A stretch of DNA of 44,224 nt. Origin: Bacteroidota bacterium. GTDB taxonomy: Bacteria > Bacteroidota > Bacteroidia > Flavobacteriales > Flavobacteriaceae. Within the stretch, counting starts at the first letter, position 1. Each line of letters starts with the position of its first letter. A model generated the notes under the pieces. It worked only from the letters and a program-made list of their open reading frames with translations. It had not been told where the DNA came from and did no database searches. Location of the stretch: NCBI GenBank assembly GCA_021793135.1, contig JAJYTI010000001.1, positions 1 through 44,224 on the forward strand, written 5' to 3'. Positions 29,151 to 39,112 of the stretch are shown here, in pieces. Both the position numbers and the translations under genes were made by a program.

Positions 29151-30197
29151 TTATATATCGTCGTAATCTATTACTATTGTTGGAGTAGTAGGTTGTGCTT
29201 GACAAGTTAGAATATATCCTTGTTCTACTTCATCATCGGTAAGAATTTGATTTTTTCGCATTTTTGCTTTTCCTTTTTTCACATGTGCCATACATGTACT
29301 GCAAATACCACCACGACAAGAATATGGAGCATCTAAACCTTGATCTAATACAGAGTCTAAGACAAGATTTTCTTGATCCATATCAAAGGATGTTTCTTCA
29401 TCGTCTAAGATAACTGTTATCTTCGTCATTCCATCGGTTACAATAACCTCCTCTTTTTGCGAAGAAGTGAATAATTCAAATCGTATATTCTCTTCATCAA
29501 CCCCATTATCTATTAATACATTTTTTGCTTGCTCTATCAAGTCTCCAGGGCCACATAAAAAATATGTGTCAACCGTTAGATCTTTGTATTTATTCTTCAT
29601 AAAGAAGTTTATGATAGATCTATCTATTCGACCAAATTTTGTGTCATCAACGTGTTGTTGGCTATAAACTAATTCTAATTGAAAACGTTCTGGATATTTT
29701 GCTTGAAGTGCTCGGATTTGCGAAAGGAACATAGTTTGTTCTTCGGTTCTATTTCCGTAAATCAATAAAAATGTAGATTGAGATTCATTTTCTAAAGCAT
29801 CTGCAATAATCGATAATACAGGAGTAATACCACTTCCAGCTGCGATTGCAACATAGTTTGCTTTGCGATTCGCATCGCTTGTAAAAACAAATCGGCCTTG
29901 TGGTTCCATAACCTCAAGACTATCTCCAGCTTTTAATTCTTTATTTGCAAAAACTGAGAATCTTCCTCCTTTTACTTCTTTTACCCCAACTTGTAATTTA
30001 CCACTACTTGGGCTGGAACAAATAGAATAATCTCTTCGAATTTCTTCTCCGTTATTTGGGTGCTTTATGGTTAAATATTGTCCTGCATCAAATTTAAATG
30101 CATCTTTAAGAGATTCAGGAACTTCAAATTCAATACAAACTGCCTCAAGTGTTAGTCGTTCTATTAGATTAACCTTTAGCGTATGAAATCTAGGCAT
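29151..30197 (-). CDS. ferredoxin-NAD(P) reductase family protein with C-terminal plant-type 2Fe-2S domain (PaaE/PaaK-like)
   Basis: RRDYSICS (RxYS FAD motif), AAGSGITP (NAD motif), and the C-terminal cluster CRGGICSTC...C; 348 aa. Confidence 0.85.
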   Translation of the reverse strand: MPRFHTLKVNLIERLTLEAVCIEFEVPESLKDAFKFDAGQYLTIKHPNNGEEIRRDYSICSSPSSGKLQVGVKEVKGGRFSVFANKELKAGDSLEVMEPQGRFVFTSDANRKANYVAIAAGSGITPVLSIIADALENESQSTFLLIYGNRTEEQTMFLSQIRALQAKYPERFQLELVYSQQHVDDTKFGRIDRSIINFFMKNKYKDLTVDTYFLCGPGDLIEQAKNVLIDNGVDEENIRFELFTSSQKEEVIVTDGMTKITVILDDEETSFDMDQENLVLDSVLDQGLDAPYSCRGGICSTCMAHVKKGKAKMRKNQILTDDEVEQGYILTCQAQPTTPTIVIDYDDI

Positions 30198-30214
30198 ACT
30201 TCTTTATTTTGACT

Positions 30215-30222
30215 GCAAAAGT
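30215..30222 (-). promoter_or_regulatory. -7 promoter box (TAnnTTTG) for the reductase gene
   Basis: The minus strand reads tacttttg, 17 nt upstream of the ATG at 30197. Confidence 0.4.
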
Positions 30223-30337
30223 ACAAAGAATACAAGTTTTAAACTCAGATTTTCCATTTTAAGTCTTAATGCTATTATAGTTCTAAAAAGAAAATGTATT
30301 TTTACAACTTGCTGTATAATGGGTAGATTGTATTAAT

Positions 30338-32935
30338 ATGCAATGTAATAAAACCCTTTTCAGTAGAATAATAAAACTACTTGTTTTGAAGCGAATACAC
30401 TTACTTTTAGCAGGATGTGCTTTAGCATTATTTATTGTTTCTTGTTCTACTAAGAAGAATAAGACTTTAAACAGAAAGTATCATGCGCTTACTGCGCAGT
30501 ACAATGCTATATTTAATGGAGAAGAAGCATTAAAAGAGGGCAAAGAAAGCTTAATCGAGAGCTATAAAGATGATTTTTGGGAAATCCTTCCAGTAGAGCG
30601 TATTACGCTTCCAAATCCAAATGAAGAAGAAATCGATTATGATTCTAATCCCACTTCTTTTGACCGAGCAGAGGAGAAAGCAATAATTGCGATTCAAAAA
30701 CACGGAATGTATATTAACGGTAAAGAGCGAAATCCTAAAATGGCAGAAGCTTATCTGTTATTAGGAAAAGCACGTTATTATGAAGGACGATTTATTCCTG
30801 CTATAGATGCATTCAATTTTATTCTTACCCGTTACCCATCTAGTAAAAGTATCAATGACGCTAATATATGGCGTGCAAAAACTTATGTACGTTTAGAAAA
30901 TGAGGAAGTGGCTATTGAGCTTCTTAAACGAACGCTAAACGATGCAGAGTTGGATAAGGACACAAGAGCCGATGCATCCATTATGATTGCGCAAGCCTAT
31001 ATTCAAATGGATTCTATTCCAGAAGCTATTCCTTTTGTTCAGGAAGCGGCAGAAAATGTAAGAGATAATGAAAAGAAAGGCCGCTATAGATTTATAGAAG
31101 GGCAGTTGTATAATCAATTAGATAAAAAAGATAGTGCGAATATCGCTTTTGATAAAGTTATAGATCTACACCGTCGCACATTACGTGATTATTATGTTCA
31201 TGCGCATTTAGAAAAAGTAGAAAACACAACTTATACTACTCCAGAAGAAAAAGAAGAATTAGAAAAGTTTTTCTCGAAGTTTGAAAAAGATAGAGAGAAC
31301 AGACCTTATTTAGATCATATTTATCATCATATAGCTTTGTACCATCACAAAGAAAATCGTCTTGAAATAGCCGAAGAATATTATAACAAAAGTGTACAAG
31401 CATACATGGAAGATGAAAAGTTGCAAGCTGTCAACTATAATACTCTAGCCGAAATGAGCTTTGACAAAGCATTATATAAAGAAGCTGGAGCTTATTACGA
31501 TAGTACTTTAACTTTTTTGCAACCCAATACATTAGTGCATCGTCGTACTCAAAAAAAACGTGATAACTTAGATGACGTTATTAAATATGAAGGTGTCGCT
31601 CAACATACGGATAGTATTATTGGTCTTACCAAAATGAGTGATGCAGAAAGATTAGCCTATTTCACTGAGTATACAGACGCTTTACGTGAGAAAGCAATTG
31701 CCGACTCTATAGCACAAGCAAAAGCCGAAGAACGATTATTAAGCGGTGGATCTGGATTGCGTAATCGTAGAGGAGAGGAGCAACAAGGTTCTAAGTTTTA
31801 TTTCTATAATTCCACACAAGCAGCGTATGGTAAACAAGAGTTTGAGCAAATGTGGGGAAATAGAAAATTAGAAGATAACTGGCGTTTATCGAACAAACGT
31901 GGAATGGGTAGTATGGAAGAGGAAGAAGAAATGTTTGCTGCAGGAGGCACTTCTATATTAGACGATGAAAGATTCAATCCACAAGCATATATCGATGCTA
32001 TTCCTACAGAACCAAAAGTGATTGATAGCATTATTGGGGAGAGAGATTTTGCTTACTATCAATTAGGATTGATTTATAAAGAAAAATTTAAAGAAAATGA
32101 GCTTGCTGCAGGTCGTTTAGAACAGTTATTGGAAAACAATCCAGAAGAACGACTTATTCTTCCAGCAGAATATCATTTATATAGAATATATGAAGAAGAA
32201 GGAAATACATCGGAAATGAATCGTATGAAAAATAAGATTCTAACCGAATATCCAGACTCTCGTTATGCTAAAATTATAACCGATCCACAATCGTTTTATG
32301 ACGAAGACGATAGTAGCCCTGAATATCATTACAATCAAACTTATGCATTGTACAACTCTGGTGATTACGAGCTTGCTCTCGAGCAAACCGAAGAATATAT
32401 AGATCGTTATACTGGCGAAGAAATTGTACCAAAGTTTGAATTGCTAAAAGCTACCTTATTAGGGAAAATAGAAGGATATGAAGCCTATGCCGAAGCACTA
32501 AATTTTGTGGCATTAAATTATCCAAACTCGCCAGAAGGAAAGCAAGCCGAGAAAATCCATTCAGAAGATTTGCCGCGATTAAAATTTAATCGTTTTGAAA
32601 CCGATCAAGATGCTAAACGTTGGAAATTAGTATTTGCTTTTTCTTCACAAGAACTAGATCAAGCAGAAGAGTTAAAAGAACAATTAGAAGAAAAATTAGA
32701 AGAATTGGATTATTCTAGTCTTAAAGTCTCTATAGATTATTATGATCCAGAAGTAACATTTGTAGTAGTCCATGGATTGCGTTCTAGGTTAGGAGTACAA
32801 GGTCTATCAGAAAGATTACAAGAAGATGAAGACGATCCTATTGAGCAAACTGGCTTTGAAATTTCTTCTGGAAATTACGCTAAGATTTTGATTCATAAAA
32901 ACTTAGAAGATTATTTAATACAGAATTTCAAATAA
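30338..32935 (+). CDS. sprE: TPR-repeat lipoprotein, type IX secretion/gliding component PorW/SprE-like
   Basis: 865 aa. Lipobox IVSC is followed by STKKNKTLNRKYHALTAQYNAIFNG, which matches my memory of the SprE/PorW N-terminus. It has multiple TPR-like helical repeats and an acidic C-terminal region. Confidence 0.65.
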   Translation: MQCNKTLFSRIIKLLVLKRIHLLLAGCALALFIVSCSTKKNKTLNRKYHALTAQYNAIFNGEEALKEGKESLIESYKDDFWEILPVERITLPNPNEEEIDYDSNPTSFDRAEEKAIIAIQKHGMYINGKERNPKMAEAYLLLGKARYYEGRFIPAIDAFNFILTRYPSSKSINDANIWRAKTYVRLENEEVAIELLKRTLNDAELDKDTRADASIMIAQAYIQMDSIPEAIPFVQEAAENVRDNEKKGRYRFIEGQLYNQLDKKDSANIAFDKVIDLHRRTLRDYYVHAHLEKVENTTYTTPEEKEELEKFFSKFEKDRENRPYLDHIYHHIALYHHKENRLEIAEEYYNKSVQAYMEDEKLQAVNYNTLAEMSFDKALYKEAGAYYDSTLTFLQPNTLVHRRTQKKRDNLDDVIKYEGVAQHTDSIIGLTKMSDAERLAYFTEYTDALREKAIADSIAQAKAEERLLSGGSGLRNRRGEEQQGSKFYFYNSTQAAYGKQEFEQMWGNRKLEDNWRLSNKRGMGSMEEEEEMFAAGGTSILDDERFNPQAYIDAIPTEPKVIDSIIGERDFAYYQLGLIYKEKFKENELAAGRLEQLLENNPEERLILPAEYHLYRIYEEEGNTSEMNRMKNKILTEYPDSRYAKIITDPQSFYDEDDSSPEYHYNQTYALYNSGDYELALEQTEEYIDRYTGEEIVPKFELLKATLLGKIEGYEAYAEALNFVALNYPNSPEGKQAEKIHSEDLPRLKFNRFETDQDAKRWKLVFAFSSQELDQAEELKEQLEEKLEELDYSSLKVSIDYYDPEVTFVVVHGLRSRLGVQGLSERLQEDEDDPIEQTGFEISSGNYAKILIHKNLEDYLIQNFK

Positions 32936-32944
32936 TATACCCTT

Positions 32945-33373
32945 ATGTTTTCAGATAAAAAATCTAAGAAAAATCGTAATTCAGATGTATCTACCTCAGA
33001 AAATCGAATAAATGAAGGAACTACCATTATAGGAGACATTCAATCTTCTGGATTTTTTAGAATAGATGGTACGGTAGAAGGAAACATAACTTCCCCCTCA
33101 CGTGTGGTGGTTGGAAAAACTGGGATTATTAAAGGTTTATTGCATTGTGACAATGCTGATGTAGAAGGAAAAATAGAAGGAGAGGTAAAAGTAACAGGGA
33201 TGTTAATGTTACGTGCATCTGCAGTTGTTAATGGAGAAATAGAAACTTCGGAATTAGGTATAGAGCCTGGTGCAGAGTTTAATGCCAATTGCAATATGAA
33301 AGGGAGTGTAAAAGTATTGCAACAAGATAATGAAGAACAACGATCCAATAAAGAAAAACAAAAAAGAGCTTAA
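32945..33373 (+). CDS. bactofilin family (polymer-forming cytoskeletal) protein
   Basis: 142 aa. The repetitive beta-helix pattern (IIGDIQSSGFFRIDGTVEGNI..VVVGKTGIIKGLLHCDNADVEGKIEGEVKVTG.L.L...AVVNGEI) is typical of bactofilins. Confidence 0.8.
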   Translation: MFSDKKSKKNRNSDVSTSENRINEGTTIIGDIQSSGFFRIDGTVEGNITSPSRVVVGKTGIIKGLLHCDNADVEGKIEGEVKVTGMLMLRASAVVNGEIETSELGIEPGAEFNANCNMKGSVKVLQQDNEEQRSNKEKQKRA

Positions 33374-33587
33374 TACGTGGGTAGAGTTCACACAAATAGG
33401 GATACAAATGGCAGTTACTATTACTGTATTTGTATTTCTAGGGGTATGGTTAGATGAAAAATATCCAAATAACTATCATGCTTTCAGTATAATATTTTCT
33501 TTGTTTGGTGTATTCTCTGCGCTTTATTTTGTGATAAAGAAAGTAATACGAATGTCCAAAAAGAAAGAAAACTCCTCTTCCAAATAA
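33330..33587 (+). CDS. AtpZ/AtpI family small membrane protein
   Basis: 85 aa with two TM helices. IQMAVTITVFVFLGVWLDEKY resembles the AtpZ core. It lies directly upstream of the atp genes and overlaps the bactofilin gene by 44 nt. Confidence 0.65.
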   Translation: MKNNDPIKKNKKELNTWVEFTQIGIQMAVTITVFVFLGVWLDEKYPNNYHAFSIIFSLFGVFSALYFVIKKVIRMSKKKENSSSK

Positions 33588-33590
33588 TAT

Positions 33591-33983
33591 ATGCAACGAC
33601 TTATAATTCAGTATTTTATTTCTTTTGTTGCTCTAGTTTTAATTCTAGCCTTTACGCATCAATTTTTGTTTTCAAGTATCTGGCCAGATACTCCACTTTT
33701 CTATAGTGCTACCAAACTTTATGTTTTCCTTTTTGGATTGTTTGCTTTGGTTACTAGTTTTGTTTTTTTAATTAATTATGTAGTTCCGAATTTCACGGGT
33801 TTTGCCTATATTTTTGGAGTTTTAATTAAAATGTTTGCTACTGTTTGGTTTCTTTATCCATTAGTTGGCGATTCAATTCCAAATAAAATTCCAGCGGTAT
33901 TGGTGTTTTTTGCTCCTTTCTTTCTTTTTCTTTTCCTTCAAGTATGGTATGTGATTCGATTATTAAAAATCCAAAATGCTTGA
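33591..33983 (+). CDS. four-TM membrane protein of unknown function in the atpI position
   Basis: 130 aa, hydrophobic. It lies 3 nt after the atpZ-like gene. No motif was recognised. Confidence 0.5.
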   Translation: MQRLIIQYFISFVALVLILAFTHQFLFSSIWPDTPLFYSATKLYVFLFGLFALVTSFVFLINYVVPNFTGFAYIFGVLIKMFATVWFLYPLVGDSIPNKIPAVLVFFAPFFLFLFLQVWYVIRLLKIQNA

Positions 33984-34060
33984 TAGCCTTACTATTGCAT
34001 AGCTTAAATGAGGTTCGTAAAAAAAAGCCAGTTTAATAGGTGTATTATCAATAAATAACG

Positions 34061-34068
34061 TATTTTTG
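34061..34068 (+). promoter_or_regulatory. -7 promoter box (TAnnTTTG) upstream of atpB
   Basis: tatttttg lies 44 nt upstream of the atpB ATG in a 129-bp gap. Confidence 0.4.
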
Positions 34069-34112
34069 CACCGAAATTTAAGACCTTAAACCATTAAGTG
34101 TAAATTATAAAG

Positions 34113-35195
34113 ATGAAAAACCAGGCTAATTTTAGATTGCTTCTTACTCTAGTTTTTGGGCTTATGGCTATGATTGGAATAGCGCAAAATGATAAGCAAG
34201 AGAAAGAGGGATTCAATCCGATAGAATTGATTGATAGTCACGTTTGGGATTCCCATGAATTTCATATTACCGATTGGAAAGGAAGTCCGGTTACATTACA
34301 CCTGCCAATCATCCTATGGACCGATAACGGTCTAACCGTATTTTCATCTTCTAAATTTGACCATGATAACTCTGGGAAAGTAGTGGTTGAGGCAAACGGA
34401 AACAAATTTGTTCGTTACGACGAAAATATTTTCTACGCAGATAAATTTGATCAAGCTGATTTTGACGCAACCAGCGTATTAGCTAAACCATTCAAATACG
34501 AATATAGACCTTTAGATTTCTCTATTACAAAGACAGTTTTCTCTATGTTACTTTCTTTAGTGTTGTTATTAATCATCTTTATGTCGGCTGCAAGACCGTA
34601 TAAAAAGAATGATAAAGCACCTAGAGGTTTAGCAGGATTCATGGAGCCGTTAATTCTGTTTGTACGTGATGATATCGCAGTACCTCAATTAGGAAGTCAT
34701 GCAAGTAGATTTATGCCATATTTATTAACCGTATTCTTCTTTATTTGGATTAACAACATTATAGGTATTATTCCTTTCTTCCCATTTGGAGGAAACTTAA
34801 CAGGAAACATCATCTTTACATTTACAATGGCAATTATTGTTTACCTATTGACTACATTCAATGGTAATAAACATTATTGGAGCCATATTTTAAATCCACC
34901 AGTACCTCTTCCATTAAAGCCTTTATTAGCTTTAATTGAAATTATTGGTACTTTGACAAAACCATTTGCTTTGATGGTTCGTTTGTTTGCAAACATGACT
35001 GCAGGGCACATTATTATCTTAAGTTTGTCATCGTTAATCTTTATTTTTGGTAGCGTTGCTATCGCACCGGTGTCAATCTTATTTGTATTGTTTATGACCG
35101 TATTAAAGCTGTTAGTAGCAGCTTTACAAGCATATATATTTACGTTGTTAGCAGCCTTGTTCATTGGACAGGCAGTGGCAACATCAGAAGAGTAA
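34113..35195 (+). CDS. atpB: F0F1 ATP synthase subunit a
   Basis: 360 aa with a long N-terminal extension. It has the conserved essential-Arg motif VRLFANMTAGHII. Confidence 0.93.
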   Translation: MKNQANFRLLLTLVFGLMAMIGIAQNDKQEKEGFNPIELIDSHVWDSHEFHITDWKGSPVTLHLPIILWTDNGLTVFSSSKFDHDNSGKVVVEANGNKFVRYDENIFYADKFDQADFDATSVLAKPFKYEYRPLDFSITKTVFSMLLSLVLLLIIFMSAARPYKKNDKAPRGLAGFMEPLILFVRDDIAVPQLGSHASRFMPYLLTVFFFIWINNIIGIIPFFPFGGNLTGNIIFTFTMAIIVYLLTTFNGNKHYWSHILNPPVPLPLKPLLALIEIIGTLTKPFALMVRLFANMTAGHIIILSLSSLIFIFGSVAIAPVSILFVLFMTVLKLLVAALQAYIFTLLAALFIGQAVATSEE

Positions 35196-35221
35196 TTTTT
35201 TTGTTTAATTTTTATTTATAA

Positions 35222-35437
<216 letters not shown>

Positions 35438-35458
35438 TTGGACGATTGACAAAAAACT

Positions 35459-35495
35459 AGAATCATTTTGCAACGGTTGGTTGCAAAATGATTCT
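35459..35495 (+). promoter_or_regulatory. strong intra-operon stem-loop between atpE and atpF (attenuator or mRNA-stabiliser candidate)
   Basis: Perfect 16-bp arms agaatcattttgcaac (35459..35474) and gttgcaaaatgattct (35480..35495) with loop ggttg. No U tract follows (aattaaaatt). Confidence 0.55.
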
Positions 35496-35533
35496 AATTA
35501 AAATTAAACAAAACAACTTAATAATATTATATT

Positions 35534-36025
35534 ATGAATATCACGAACCCAGAGAGCCTTTTATTTTGGTCTGTTTTAACATTCGTAATTTTACTTATCT
35601 TACTTAAAAAGTTTGCGTGGAAACCTATTTTAGGTGCTGTAACTGCAAGAGAAGACTCTATAAATAATGCGTTAGAAGCAGCAGAAAAAGCCAAAATAGA
35701 AATGGCTAACTTAAAAGCTGATAATGAAAAATTACTACAAGAGGCTCGTGCAGAAAGAGATCAAATGCTTTCTGAAGCGAAACAATTACGTGAGAAAATG
35801 CTAACCGAAGCAAAAGAAGATGCAAAGTTAGAAGCTGATAAACTTATCGCTAGTGCACAAGAAGCTATTCGTAATGAAAAAGCTGCTGCTATGACCGAGA
35901 TTCGTGATCAGGTTGCAGAGCTGTCTTTAGATATTGCTGAGAAAGTGGTTAAGTCTGAACTATCAGATAAAGATAAGCAGATGAAGGTTATCAATAACAT
36001 GCTAGAAGGAGCAAAACTTAATTAA
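35534..36025 (+). CDS. atpF: F0F1 ATP synthase subunit b
   Basis: 163 aa. It has one N-terminal TM helix and then a long charged A/E/K-rich helix. Confidence 0.9.
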   Translation: MNITNPESLLFWSVLTFVILLILLKKFAWKPILGAVTAREDSINNALEAAEKAKIEMANLKADNEKLLQEARAERDQMLSEAKQLREKMLTEAKEDAKLEADKLIASAQEAIRNEKAAAMTEIRDQVAELSLDIAEKVVKSELSDKDKQMKVINNMLEGAKLN

Positions 36026-36030
36026 TATAG

Positions 36031-36573
36031 ATGAGTACAAGTAGAGCCGCCTTGCGTTATGCCAAGGCTTTATTACTGGAAGCCGATCAGCAAAACACTA
36101 CAGATGTGGTGCAGCAAGACATGCAGTCTGTGTATGCTACTATAAAGGATAGCAAAGATTTGCGACTTGCACTGGGAAGCCCTATTATAAAAGCGGCAGA
36201 TAAAAGAGAAGTGCTGCTCGAAGTGTTTGCTAATCAATCTAAAGCTACACACAGATTGATTGAAGTGTTACTGCATAACAAACGTGTTGACTTATTGCAA
36301 GATGTAGCAAAATCTTATCTAGATTTGTATAACAATCGCAAAGGAATAAAGGAAGTAGAAGTTATTACTGCTACTGAATTAACTCCAGAAGTTGAAGAGC
36401 GTGTGTTAGCAAAAGCTAAAGAAATAACTAATGCAAATAAAGTTATACTTACAAGCAAGATAAATCCTGACTTATTAGGAGGCTTTATAATTAGAGTTGG
36501 TGATACCGAATACAATGCAAGTATTGCTAACCAATTAAAAACCATAAAAAAAGAATTTACTAAAAGATTATAA
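36031..36573 (+). CDS. atpH: F0F1 ATP synthase subunit delta (OSCP)
   Basis: 180 aa. RYAKALL N-terminus and GGFIIRVGD near the C-terminus are typical of delta/OSCP. Confidence 0.9.
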   Translation: MSTSRAALRYAKALLLEADQQNTTDVVQQDMQSVYATIKDSKDLRLALGSPIIKAADKREVLLEVFANQSKATHRLIEVLLHNKRVDLLQDVAKSYLDLYNNRKGIKEVEVITATELTPEVEERVLAKAKEITNANKVILTSKINPDLLGGFIIRVGDTEYNASIANQLKTIKKEFTKRL

Positions 36574-36585
36574 TACCGATATAAA

Positions 36586-38166
36586 ATGGCGAATGTAAAA
36601 CCAGCTGAAGTATCAGCAATTTTAAAGAAACAACTAACCAATTTCGAAGCTACAGCTTCATTGGATGAGGTTGGAACTGTTCTTACCGTAGGAGATGGTA
36701 TTGCTCGAGTTTATGGCCTGACAAATGCCGAGTACGGCGAGATGGTTGAATTCGATGGAGGACTAGAAGGTATCGTTCTTAACTTAGAAGAAGACAACGT
36801 AGGGGTGGTATTATTAGGCCCTTCTAGTGGTGTAAACGAAGGTGCTACTGTAAAACGTACCCAACGTATCGCATCTATCAATGTAGGTGAAGGTATTGTA
36901 GGTCGTGTAGTAAACACACTTGGTGAACCAATTGATGGTAAGGGTCCAATTACTGGAGAAACATACCAAATGCCGTTAGAACGTAAGGCGCCAGGAGTAA
37001 TCTATCGTCAACCAGTAACAGAGCCACTACAAACTGGTATTAAATCTATCGATGCCATGATTCCAGTAGGAAGAGGGCAACGTGAATTAGTAATTGGTGA
37101 CCGTCAAACAGGTAAAACTACCGTTTGTATCGACACCATTCTTAATCAAAAAGAATTTTATGATGCTGGTGAACCAGTATATTGTATCTACGTAGCTATC
37201 GGACAAAAAGCTTCTACTGTTGCGAACATCGCAAAAACTTTAGAAGACAACGGAGCTATGGCTTATACTACTATCGTAGCAGCAAACGCTTCAGACCCCG
37301 CGCAAATGCAAGTTTATGCGCCATTTGCTGGAGTAGCTATCGGTGAGTATTTCCGTGATACAGGTCGTCCTGCACTTATTGTATATGATGACTTATCTAA
37401 GCAAGCAGTAGCATACCGTGAGGTATCTTTATTACTTCGTCGTCCACCAGGACGTGAGGCATATCCAGGAGACGTTTTCTACTTACACTCTCGTTTATTA
37501 GAGCGTGCTGCAAAGATTATTGGAGATGATAAGGTAGCTAGAAACATGAACGACTTACCAGAGTCTTTAAAAGACAAAGTAAAAGGTGGTGGTTCACTTA
37601 CTGCTCTACCAATTATTGAAACACAAGCGGGTGACGTTTCTGCATATATTCCGACCAACGTAATTTCGATTACTGACGGACAGATTTTCCTTGAGTCAGA
37701 TTTATTTAACTCTGGGGTACGTCCTGCAATTAACGTAGGTATTTCTGTATCTCGTGTTGGAGGATCTGCACAGGTTAAATCTATGAAAAAGGTATCTGGA
37801 ACATTAAAATTAGACCAAGCACAGTTCCGTGAACTAGAAGCTTTCGCTAAGTTTGGTTCTGATTTAGATGCTGCTACAATGAACGTTATCGAGAAAGGTA
37901 AACGTAACGTAGAGATTCTTAAACAAGCACAAAACGATCCATATACTGTAGAAGATCAAGTAGCGATTATCTATGCAGGTTCACAAAACTTATTGCGTGA
38001 AGTACCTGTTGAAAAAGTACGCGAATTTGAGAAGGATTTCTTAGAGCAATTAAACTTACAACACAGAGATACATTAGATGCATTGAAAGTTGGAAAGTTC
38101 AATGATGAACTAACAGCAGTGTTAGAGAAAGTTGCAAAAGAAGTTTCTCAAAAGTACAAAGCATAA
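36586..38166 (+). CDS. atpA: F0F1 ATP synthase subunit alpha
   Basis: 526 aa with Walker A GDRQTGKT and highly conserved alpha-subunit blocks throughout. Confidence 0.97.
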   Translation: MANVKPAEVSAILKKQLTNFEATASLDEVGTVLTVGDGIARVYGLTNAEYGEMVEFDGGLEGIVLNLEEDNVGVVLLGPSSGVNEGATVKRTQRIASINVGEGIVGRVVNTLGEPIDGKGPITGETYQMPLERKAPGVIYRQPVTEPLQTGIKSIDAMIPVGRGQRELVIGDRQTGKTTVCIDTILNQKEFYDAGEPVYCIYVAIGQKASTVANIAKTLEDNGAMAYTTIVAANASDPAQMQVYAPFAGVAIGEYFRDTGRPALIVYDDLSKQAVAYREVSLLLRRPPGREAYPGDVFYLHSRLLERAAKIIGDDKVARNMNDLPESLKDKVKGGGSLTALPIIETQAGDVSAYIPTNVISITDGQIFLESDLFNSGVRPAINVGISVSRVGGSAQVKSMKKVSGTLKLDQAQFRELEAFAKFGSDLDAATMNVIEKGKRNVEILKQAQNDPYTVEDQVAIIYAGSQNLLREVPVEKVREFEKDFLEQLNLQHRDTLDALKVGKFNDELTAVLEKVAKEVSQKYKA

Positions 38167-38191
38167 ACCATAATTATTTTAAACGTAATAA

Positions 38192-39058
38192 ATGGCCAAT
38201 TTAAAGGACATACGAAGTAGGATTAACTCAGTAGGCTCTACTATGCAGATTACCAATGCCATGAAGATGGTGTCGGCTGCAAAACTTAAACGTGCGCAAG
38301 ATGCAATTACTGCAATGCGTCCGTATTCGGAGAAGCTTACAGAGTTACTGCAAAACTTAAGTGCTTCGTTAGAAGGTGATAGCGGAAGTGTATATGCCGA
38401 GCAAAGAGAAATTAAAAAAGTGCTTGTAATATTAATTACTTCTAACCGTGGTTTGGCTGGTGCGTTTAACTCTAACGCAATTCGAAGAGCCAAAGAGTTA
38501 GCCGAAACAAAGTACTTAGGCAAAGAAATAGATTATCTTACTATCGGTAAAAAAGGAAATGATATTCTGTCTAAATCTTCTTATATTATTTTAAATAATA
38601 ATGAGATTTTAGACGATCTAACTTTCGAAAATACAGCAGAGATAGCAGAATATTTAATGGACTTGTTTGTGGATGCTACCTATGATAAAATAGATATAGT
38701 TTACAACAGTTTTAGAAATGCTGCTAACCAAGTGATTGTTACCGAAACCTTCTTACCTATAGAGAACGAATCTTCTGATTTAGAACAAGAAGTAGAGTTG
38801 GATTATATTTATGAGCCTAGTAAGGAAGAAATAATAAAAGAATTAATCCCTAAGAGTTTAAAAACACAATTGTTTAAAGCACTTAGAGACTCTGTGGCCA
38901 GTGAGCATGGTGCACGTATGACAGCGATGCATAAAGCTACAGACAACGCACAAGAATTGCGTGACGAATTGGTATTGCAATATAACAAAGCGAGACAAGC
39001 TGCCATTACTGCCGAGATTTTGGAAATCGTTGGTGGTGCCGAAGCTCTTGCTGGTTAA
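38192..39058 (+). CDS. atpG: F0F1 ATP synthase subunit gamma
   Basis: 288 aa. N-terminal ANLKDIRSRINSVGSTMQITNAMKMVSAAKL and C-terminal QAAITAEILEIVGGAEAL are gamma signatures. Confidence 0.95.
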   Translation: MANLKDIRSRINSVGSTMQITNAMKMVSAAKLKRAQDAITAMRPYSEKLTELLQNLSASLEGDSGSVYAEQREIKKVLVILITSNRGLAGAFNSNAIRRAKELAETKYLGKEIDYLTIGKKGNDILSKSSYIILNNNEILDDLTFENTAEIAEYLMDLFVDATYDKIDIVYNSFRNAANQVIVTETFLPIENESSDLEQEVELDYIYEPSKEEIIKELIPKSLKTQLFKALRDSVASEHGARMTAMHKATDNAQELRDELVLQYNKARQAAITAEILEIVGGAEALAG

Positions 39059-39081
39059 TAGCAAACAAAATATATTTAAAG

Positions 39082-39111
39082 AAGCCCAAGCAGTTTGCTT
39101 GGGCTTTTTTT
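39082..39111. terminator. bidirectional intrinsic terminator (end of atp operon / end of outer-membrane protein gene)
   Basis: 11-bp GC-rich arms aagcccaagca (39082..39092) and tgcttgggctt (39096..39106), a 3-nt loop, and a T-run to 39111. It sits between convergent atpG and the 900-aa gene. Confidence 0.85.
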
Positions 39112-39112
39112 A

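Noticed and set aside
32945-33373. Bactofilin gene as a possible misannotated passenger or mobile insertion between sprE and the atp genes
   Set aside because: There are no flanking repeats or compositional break. The tight 9-nt spacing and 44-nt overlap with its neighbours argue for a resident gene.
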